A stretch of DNA of 32,298 nucleotides from positions 307-32,604 of the forward strand of contig JALQXU010000001.1 of NCBI GenBank assembly GCA_023263045.1, read 5' to 3'. Below, in pieces: positions 25,626 through 32,298 of this stretch. The stretch comes from Pontimonas sp. GTDB lineage: Bacteria; Actinomycetota; Actinomycetes; Actinomycetales; Microbacteriaceae. Position numbers and translations under genes: made by a program. Numbering within the stretch: the first letter of the stretch is position 1; the number at the start of each line of letters is the position of its first letter. The notes beneath the pieces were generated by a model, which was given only the letters and a program-made list of their open reading frames with translations, searched no databases and was not told the DNA's origin.

Positions 25626-26410
25626 TGACGATTGCAGCACCCTCGCACGAACTGGAGCCACCGACCCTGGTGCACCGGGCGGCGTGGCCTGTTGCAGTAG
25701 GAATCGTTCCTCTGCTCTACGCGCAAGGTAAATGGGTTCGCAAGCAGGTCCCCAAACTTCCTCACGCTCCCGAGCCGTGGGAAGGCGAGGAACCCGGTCC
25801 TTCACCGCTCAAGATTGTGGGACTGGGGGATTCCACCATTGCTGGTGTCGGTGTCCGAGACCCACTGCACGGTCTGGTGCCGCAGTTCTCTCTCGCACTC
25901 CATGAGAAAACTCAGCGTGGGGTGTCATGGCGTTCCATCGGTGAAAGCGGTGCCACGTCCAAGGACATTCTGCGTCGTTTTCTCGCTCCCGCACTCGACA
26001 GTCCTGCGGACGTTGTTCTGGTGTCCTTAGGAGCGAACGACGCGAAAGACTTGAAGCCCCTGGGAGCCACGATCAGGCGATTCGAGAGACTCCTGGCTGC
26101 GCTGCACGACGGCCACCCCGATGCGGTCATCATCTTCTCCTCGCTTCCTGCCTTCTATCTCTTCCCCACCCTGCCTCAGCCTCTGCGGTCGATCATTTAC
26201 GCTCACTCCCAAGCAATTGAGCGATCGATTCGGCCCATGATTGAGTCCTTCCCCTTCGCCATGATGTCGCCACCACCTCCTGGCTATCACGACACATTTT
26301 TCGCAGAAGACGGATTTCATCCAAGCCAAGATGGTTACAGGGACTGGGCTCGTTTCGCTCTCGAAGACGCCCTTACGCGTGGCGCGCTGGAGGCGATAGG
26401 CGCTCGATAG
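25625..26410 (+). CDS. SGNH/GDSL hydrolase
   Basis: Blocks GDST, GESGAT, GAND and DGFHP. Confidence 0.9.
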   Translation: MTIAAPSHELEPPTLVHRAAWPVAVGIVPLLYAQGKWVRKQVPKLPHAPEPWEGEEPGPSPLKIVGLGDSTIAGVGVRDPLHGLVPQFSLALHEKTQRGVSWRSIGESGATSKDILRRFLAPALDSPADVVLVSLGANDAKDLKPLGATIRRFERLLAALHDGHPDAVIIFSSLPAFYLFPTLPQPLRSIIYAHSQAIERSIRPMIESFPFAMMSPPPPGYHDTFFAEDGFHPSQDGYRDWARFALEDALTRGALEAIGAR

Positions 26411-26458
26411 ACTGGGCCTGCTGTTGTAGTGCGGAGCCAAGTCCTCGGAGCGTGATTA

Positions 26459-26716
26459 ATGGCCATCATTGTCGTTGAAGTCATGCCCAAGAAAGAGCTC
26501 CTGGACCCTGCCGGTAAAGCAGTCTTGGGGGCTTTCCACCGCAGTGGAATTGACGGATTCCACGAGGTACGCATCGGCAAGCGCTTCGAACTCCACATCG
26601 AAGGAGATGCCACCGAGGCTCACCTCGCGGATGCGAGGAAAATGGCGGAGGACCTTCTCTCGAACGGTGTTATTGAGGATGTTCTTGATGTTCGCGTGGA
26701 GGACTCCCCGGCATGA
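26459..26716 (+). CDS. purS: FGAM synthase subunit PurS
   Basis: VMPKKELLDPAGKAV, VRIGKRFEL, LLSNGVIED. Confidence 0.95.
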   Translation: MAIIVVEVMPKKELLDPAGKAVLGAFHRSGIDGFHEVRIGKRFELHIEGDATEAHLADARKMAEDLLSNGVIEDVLDVRVEDSPA

Positions 26717-27408
26717 GAGTCGGGGTCGTCACCTTTCCTGGATCACTGGATGACCGCGACGCACTCCGCGCTGTCCGGCTTGCGGGAGGAACACCCGTCC
26801 CGCTCTGGCACGGCACCCACGACCTGGAAGGCGTCGATGCTCTGATCCTCCCCGGGGGTTTCAGCTATGGCGACTACCTCCGGTGTGGGGCAATCGCTGC
26901 GCACTCGCCGATCATGTCCGAGGTGGTGACCGAGGCGAAAAAGGGTCTCCCCATCCTGGGAATCTGCAACGGCTTCCAAATCTTGGTGGAGGCGGGGCTT
27001 CTCCCCGGTGGTCTGATTCGTAACGACCACGGTGATTTCATCTGTCGCGATCAAAAGCTCCGTGTAGAGAACACAGAAACCGCCTGGACCTCGGGCTATG
27101 AGAGTAACCAGGAGATTGTGATTCCCCTGAAGAACGGTGAGGGCGGTTTCATCGCTGATGAGGACACTCTGAAGCGCATCGAGGGTGAGAACTTGGTCGC
27201 ATTCCGCTATCTCGAAGTGAATCCGAATGGTTCCGCCGGCGACATTGCTGGCTTGCGCAACGACACGGGGCGGATTGTGGGTCTCATGCCACACCCCGAG
27301 CACGCCGTCGAAGCCGGCTTTGGTCCCGACACCGATGAGGCGATGAAGTCCGGCACCGATGGCCTCGCGATGTTCCAGTCAGTCCTCACCCAGGTTGTGA
27401 GCGCGTGA
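26713..27408 (+). CDS. purQ: FGAM synthase subunit PurQ
   Basis: FPGS, PGGFSYGDYLR, GICNGFQ, MPHPE. Confidence 0.96.
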   Translation: MRVGVVTFPGSLDDRDALRAVRLAGGTPVPLWHGTHDLEGVDALILPGGFSYGDYLRCGAIAAHSPIMSEVVTEAKKGLPILGICNGFQILVEAGLLPGGLIRNDHGDFICRDQKLRVENTETAWTSGYESNQEIVIPLKNGEGGFIADEDTLKRIEGENLVAFRYLEVNPNGSAGDIAGLRNDTGRIVGLMPHPEHAVEAGFGPDTDEAMKSGTDGLAMFQSVLTQVVSA

Positions 27409-27878
27409 CCAGAACTCCAGGCTCCCTCTACCGGGTGATGGCTGCTGCCGAAATGGTGACATGGACTCTTCTCATCATCGCGATGGTGGCCCGTTACGGT
27501 TTCGCATACGAAGGACCCCTGTTCTTCGCGGCCGGGCTCAGTCACGGCATCATCTTCCTCGCCTATTGCATCACCGCCGTGATGGTGGGAATCAACCTCC
27601 GGTGGGGTCTTGGCACCATCACGGTGGCTGTCCTCTCGGCTATCCCGCCGTGGATGACCTGGCCTTTCGATCGATGGTTGGAGCGACGCGACAAGCTTCG
27701 TGGTGAATGGCGTCTTGAGGATTCGGGAGACCCCCGGGACCAGCACTGGATTGATCGGGTGGTGAGGTTGGGCCTTCGTCATCCCATCTGGTCGTTTGTC
27801 CTCATCGTCGTGGGCATGGCCCTTGCGATCAGTGTTCTTCTCATGCTGGGCCCGCCGACTGAGTGGGGTGGTGCATAG
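27405..27878 (+). CDS. DUF3817-family membrane protein
   Basis: [22 protein letters not shown]; translationally coupled between purQ and purL. Confidence 0.8.
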   Translation: MTRTPGSLYRVMAAAEMVTWTLLIIAMVARYGFAYEGPLFFAAGLSHGIIFLAYCITAVMVGINLRWGLGTITVAVLSAIPPWMTWPFDRWLERRDKLRGEWRLEDSGDPRDQHWIDRVVRLGLRHPIWSFVLIVVGMALAISVLLMLGPPTEWGGA

Positions 27879-30175
27879 TGTCCATCGATTCCGTGTCCCA
27901 CGCCGAGTCAACGCCGGAAAAGGACCAGCCCTTTGAGGCACTGGGTCTCAAAAAAGAGGAATACGACGAAATACGTCGCCTACTGGGTCGCAGGCCCACG
28001 TCTGGCGAATTGGCGATGTATTCGGTGATGTGGAGCGAACACTGCTCGTATAAGTCCTCGAAAGTCCACCTGCGCCAGTTCGGGCAGAAAGTCACCGAGG
28101 AGATGCGTGCTCATCTCATGGTCGGCATGGGCGAAAACGCCGGAGTGGTCGATATTGGTGAAGGCTGGGCGGTTACTTTCAAAATCGAAAGCCACAACCA
28201 TCCCAGTTTTGTCGAACCCTTCCAGGGGGCGGCGACCGGTGTGGGCGGAATTGTTCGCGACATCATCTCCATGGGCGCGAGACCTGTCGCGGTTATGGAC
28301 GCCCTGCGCTTCGGAGCCCTCGACCACCCCGATACAAAACGCGTCGCACCGGGAGTGGTGAGCGGGATCAGTTTCTACGGAAACTGCCTAGGGCTTCCGA
28401 ATATTGGGGGAGAGACCTGGTTCGATCCGATCTACCAGAACAATCCACTCGTCAACGCCCTCGCCGTCGGTGTCTTGCGGCACGAAGACCTCCACCTCGC
28501 GAGTGCCCAGGGAGCAGGAAATAAGGTTGTCCTCTTTGGCGCGAGAACCGGGGGCGATGGGATTGGCGGGGCATCAATTCTCGCAAGCGAAACCTTCGAC
28601 GAGGGTGGTCCCACAAAACGACCTTCCGTTCAGGTGGGTGACCCTTTCGCAGAGAAGGTTTTGATCGAGTGCTGTCTCGAGCTCTTCCACAACGGTGTGG
28701 TCGAAGGGATTCAAGACTTGGGGGCTGCCGGAATTAGTTGCGCGACCTCGGAGCTCGCTGCCAATGGAAACAGCGGCATGGAGGTCACGCTGGACCACGT
28801 GCTCCTGCGCGATGACACTCTCACCGCCGAGGAGATCCTGATGTCGGAGAGTCAAGAGCGCATGATGGCCATCGTCCGACCCGACAAACTCGACGAGTTC
28901 CTCGCTATCACCGAGAAATGGGATGTCGAAACCAGCGTGTTGGGGGAGGTCACCGATACCGGCCGCCTGATCATTCATTGGCAGGGCGAAACCATCGTTG
29001 ATGTTGATCCCAAGACCGTCGCTATTGATTCGCCGGTCTATGAGCGGCCCTACCACCGCCCCTCCTGGCTTGATAGCGTCCAAGCAGACACGGTCCGAGA
29101 CAAGCCTCGAGCAGAAAGCGCAGAAGAACTGCGAGACCACGTCGCTCAGGTGCTGGCCTCATCGAATCTCGCCAACCCAGAGTGGATTACGAACCAGTAC
29201 GACCGCTACGTCATGGGGAACACCGCTCTGTCTTATCCGGACGACGCGGGCATGATTCGAGTGGATGAAGAATCCGGTCTCGGTGTCGCGCTCGCCACCG
29301 ACGCCAACGGGCGCTACAGCTACCTCGATCCCTACCTAGGTGCACAACTCGCTCTGTCCGAGGCGTATCGAAACGTCGCGGCAACCGGTGCTGATCCGCG
29401 AGCGGTCAGTGATTGTCTGAACTTTGGTAGCCCGGAAGATCCCGAAGTGATGTGGCAGTTTGCCGAGGCTGTTCGCGGTCTCGCCGATGCTTGTTTGGAG
29501 CTAGGAATCCCGGTCACCGGAGGGAATGTCAGCCTCTATAACCAGACCGGCACGACACCCATTCACCCCACACCGGTCGTCGCGGTCATGGGAGTCATCG
29601 ACACGGTCGAGCGTCGACTGCCAAGCGGTTGGCAAGACGATGGCGAAAACCTGTATCTCCTCGGCTCGACCAAAGCAGAGTTGGATGGCTCGGCGTGGGC
29701 GCAGGTTATCCATGATCACCTGGGCGGTATGCCGCCACAACCCCATCTGGGCGCAGAAAAAGCTTTGGCGGGACTGATGGTGGCGGCCGCTCGGGACGGC
29801 CTGGTCACGAGTGCGCACGATGTCTCCACGGGTGGGCTGATTCAGACCCTGGTGGAGGGTGTCCTTCGTCGGGGAGTAGGAGCGAGGGTGTGGCTGTCTG
29901 AGGTCATGGAGACCCACGACATCGACATCACCGAAGCTCTTTTCTCGGAATCCGTTGCCCGGATGGTCGTGAGCGTGGCTCGCGAAGATGACGTCAAGTT
30001 CCGCGGGCTGTGTGAGGGGCGGGGAGTGCCGGTCGCCCGAATCGGTGTCACCGATGCCTCGGCTAAAGGTCTTGATGTTGCCGACCAGTTCAGCTTCACA
30101 CTCGAGGAGCTCGACGCTCTCCACCGCGGCACGCTGCCTCGTGTTCTCGGACCCGTCGTGGGATATTCCGCATAG
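27878..30175 (+). CDS. purL: FGAM synthase subunit PurL
   Basis: [49 protein letters not shown] 27878 overlaps the upstream TAG. Confidence 0.97.
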   Translation: MSIDSVSHAESTPEKDQPFEALGLKKEEYDEIRRLLGRRPTSGELAMYSVMWSEHCSYKSSKVHLRQFGQKVTEEMRAHLMVGMGENAGVVDIGEGWAVTFKIESHNHPSFVEPFQGAATGVGGIVRDIISMGARPVAVMDALRFGALDHPDTKRVAPGVVSGISFYGNCLGLPNIGGETWFDPIYQNNPLVNALAVGVLRHEDLHLASAQGAGNKVVLFGARTGGDGIGGASILASETFDEGGPTKRPSVQVGDPFAEKVLIECCLELFHNGVVEGIQDLGAAGISCATSELAANGNSGMEVTLDHVLLRDDTLTAEEILMSESQERMMAIVRPDKLDEFLAITEKWDVETSVLGEVTDTGRLIIHWQGETIVDVDPKTVAIDSPVYERPYHRPSWLDSVQADTVRDKPRAESAEELRDHVAQVLASSNLANPEWITNQYDRYVMGNTALSYPDDAGMIRVDEESGLGVALATDANGRYSYLDPYLGAQLALSEAYRNVAATGADPRAVSDCLNFGSPEDPEVMWQFAEAVRGLADACLELGIPVTGGNVSLYNQTGTTPIHPTPVVAVMGVIDTVERRLPSGWQDDGENLYLLGSTKAELDGSAWAQVIHDHLGGMPPQPHLGAEKALAGLMVAAARDGLVTSAHDVSTGGLIQTLVEGVLRRGVGARVWLSEVMETHDIDITEALFSESVARMVVSVAREDDVKFRGLCEGRGVPVARIGVTDASAKGLDVADQFSFTLEELDALHRGTLPRVLGPVVGYSA

Positions 30176-30225
30176 CCACACTGCGCCCCGCGTTGTCCCA
30201 GGACAGCGCTACGGTGGAATAACTC

Positions 30226-30819
30226 ATGATTGATTCGTCACGATTTCTTGTCTCTTCGTCCGATTACGACGCGTGGTTAGCTGTCAGAGCGAGTGGTGTC
30301 ACTGCCACCGCGGTCTCTAAAGCCGTCACCCCGGAGGGTTTTCGCGAAGTCGTGGACCAGATCCGCAACCCCACACCGATTCCCGACAACGATTACATGC
30401 GTTTTGGTCGTGAGCAGGAGGGTTTTCTTATTGAGAAACTTGCAACTCAATTCGAGCTCGAACCCAACGATTGGCTCATTTCCAAAGATGCCGACCATTT
30501 GAAGTGGCAAATGGCAACCCCTGATGGGCTCTCCCCCGATCATGACCTCATTGCCGAGGTTAAGACCACCGGCCGAGACTGGGGTGAGTGGCGGGCGGTT
30601 CCCGGCAACTACCACCGCCAAGTCCAGTGGCAGCTCTATGTCACGGGTGCTCGAGCCTGTGTGTTCGGGTGGATGCTTCGTGAGAAGCGAAACGGCGAAA
30701 TGGTGCCTGGTTGGCCAGGCCCCAAGTTCGTCGTTGTCGAGAGAGATGAAGCCCTCATTGAGCGCCTGATCGAAGTAGCGGGCAATCTCTACCGGGAATT
30801 ACCCCTCGCCAGCAGCTAA
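30226..30819 (+). CDS. YqaJ viral recombinase / lambda-exonuclease family nuclease
   Basis: WL..RASGVTAT, ATPDG, EVKT (PD-(D/E)xK), YHRQVQWQLYVTG. Confidence 0.88.
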   Translation: MIDSSRFLVSSSDYDAWLAVRASGVTATAVSKAVTPEGFREVVDQIRNPTPIPDNDYMRFGREQEGFLIEKLATQFELEPNDWLISKDADHLKWQMATPDGLSPDHDLIAEVKTTGRDWGEWRAVPGNYHRQVQWQLYVTGARACVFGWMLREKRNGEMVPGWPGPKFVVVERDEALIERLIEVAGNLYRELPLASS

Positions 30820-31092
30820 CTCCTGATGATGCTGAATAACCTCAGCCAAGATGAACTCGAGGAACTTTTCGGCGAACTCCGGATCGAGGTCCGCCTCTTT
30901 CGCGAGATTGCGTAGCCTCTCAATTTGGGCTGCTTCTCTGGCCGGATCTGACGGCGGCATCGAGAGCGTGGCCTTCAGTTGCCCCACCTGTTGAGTCGTG
31001 CGAAAGCGCTCCGCCAAAAGGTGGATGAGAGCCGCGTCGATGTTGTCGATGCTCTTGCGCAACTGAGAGAGCTCAGGGGGAATCGAATCCAT
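30799..31092 (-). CDS. Chorismate mutase (AroQ type)
   Basis: LRKSIDNIDAALIHLLAERF, DPARE, LDPEFAEKFL. Confidence 0.92.
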   Translation of the reverse strand: MDSIPPELSQLRKSIDNIDAALIHLLAERFRTTQQVGQLKATLSMPPSDPAREAAQIERLRNLAKEADLDPEFAEKFLEFILAEVIQHHQELAAGEG

Positions 31093-31124
31093 AGAGCGAC
31101 CCTACCGAGCCAGCTGGCTGGGGG

Positions 31125-32298
31125 CTAGTCCAGTAAAGGGTGCCGGGTGATGATGGCGTCTCTCGCGGGACCCACCCCAATAGCGGAGATGCGAGCGCCA
31201 CTCATGCCCTCAATGGCTTCAACATAGTCGCGGGCGTTCTGGGGAAGATCGTCAAATTCTCGGGCGGCGGAAATGTCCTCACTCCAGCCAGGCAAGTATT
31301 CATAGATGGGCTTCGCGTGGTGGAAATCAGACTGCGACCACGGAATTTCGTCGACACGCTTGCCGTCCACCTCATACGCGACACAGACGGGAATTTTCTC
31401 GAGACCTGTCAACACATCGAGTTTGGTGAGAACAAAATCGGTGACTCCATTAATTCGCGCACTGTAACGAGCGATCGGAGCGTCGTACCAACCACACCGT
31501 CGTGGGCGGCCCGTTGTCGTGCCAAACTCGTGCCCGTTATTTCTCAAGAACTCACCGAACTCGTCATCGAGCTCGGTGGGGAACGGTCCCGATCCCACAC
31601 GAGTCGTATACGCCTTCACAATTCCAATCACGGTGGAGAGGCGCCAAGGTGCGATGCCAGCTCCGGTAGCTGCGCCCCCCGCGGTCGCGTTGGAGGAGGT
31701 GACAAAGGGGTAGGTTCCGTGATCGACATCGAGCATGGTGGCCTGTCCACCCTCGAAAAGAACGGTCTTTCCCTCTTCCAAGGCAGTGTGCAGCAACAGT
31801 GCGGTGTCCTGGACCATGGGTCGCAGTCTCTCCGCATAGGAGAGCAAGTCCTTCACGACGTCGTCCACCTCAATCGCACGCCGGTTATAGATCTTGACTA
31901 GCAAGTGGTTCTTCTGGGCGAGTGCACCCTCCACCTTTTGACGAAGGATGCCCTCATCGAATAGGTCCTGAACGCGAATACCGACGCGATTGATTTTGTC
32001 GGCATAGGTGGGCCCAATGCCCCGGCCAGTCGTACCAATTTGCCGCTTGCCGAGGAATCGCTCCGTCACCTTGTCCAGGGTCCGGTGGTACTGGGTGATG
32101 ATGTGGGCGTGCGAACTGATGACCAGCTTCGACACATCAATTCCTCGAGCACTGAGTGTGTCGAGTTCCTCCATGAGGACCTCGGGATCGATGACAACCC
32201 CATTGGAGATGACAGGGACAACACCGGGGGTCAAAATTCCTGAAGGAAGGAGGTGAAGAGCGTACTTTTCGTCGCCAATGACGACCGTGTGACCTGCA
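31125..32298 (-). CDS. purA: Adenylosuccinate synthetase (5' end outside the window)
   Basis: AGHTVV...[57 protein letters not shown]. Confidence 0.97.
   Translation of the reverse strand, partial: AGHTVVIGDEKYALHLLPSGILTPGVVPVISNGVVIDPEVLMEELDTLSARGIDVSKLVISSHAHIITQYHRTLDKVTERFLGKRQIGTTGRGIGPTYADKINRVGIRVQDLFDEGILRQKVEGALAQKNHLLVKIYNRRAIEVDDVVKDLLSYAERLRPMVQDTALLLHTALEEGKTVLFEGGQATMLDVDHGTYPFVTSSNATAGGAATGAGIAPWRLSTVIGIVKAYTTRVGSGPFPTELDDEFGEFLRNNGHEFGTTTGRPRRCGWYDAPIARYSARINGVTDFVLTKLDVLTGLEKIPVCVAYEVDGKRVDEIPWSQSDFHHAKPIYEYLPGWSEDISAAREFDDLPQNARDYVEAIEGMSGARISAIGVGPARDAIITRHPLLD

Noticed and set aside
1-32298. CRISPR array, IS element, prophage or defence system
   Set aside because: No spaced direct repeats, transposase, terminal repeats or phage structural genes were seen, and almost all sequence is accounted for by housekeeping CDSs.

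Overview
A gene-dense, roughly 60% GC core-genome window. Gene content and protein motifs suggest a streamlined Microbacteriaceae actinobacterium (inference only). In order it holds: the 5' part of a secreted coiled-coil cell-wall hydrolase-like gene; a tRNA-Glu/Asp/Phe cluster; a detached carotenoid pair (CrtI-family desaturase plus lycopene-elongase-like UbiA prenyltransferase); a split pntAa-pntAb-pntB transhydrogenase operon with yciI and an SDR; a TetR-like regulator; acyl-CoA oxidase; thioredoxin; plsC; cysK-cysE; an EamA transporter; a DEAD-box helicase; a Fluc/CrcB pair; and the purine cluster (purM, purF, purD, purC, purS, purQ, purL, partial purA) interleaved with accessory genes, including a solo YqaJ exonuclease. 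I see no CRISPR array, IS, integrase or prophage, and no clearly new multi-gene system. The best leads are: (1) SigR/SigH-like promoters with palindromic spacers in front of both trx and cysK; (2) structured 5' leaders on pntA and the helicase; (3) about 13 apparently leaderless genes (TAGNNT, 6-7 nt, start codon); (4) an E. coli-type, Fe-S-less purF inverted relative to purM; (5) a Fluc pair with both subunits lacking conserved pore residues; and (6) a PEP-CTERM-like tail on a surface protein.
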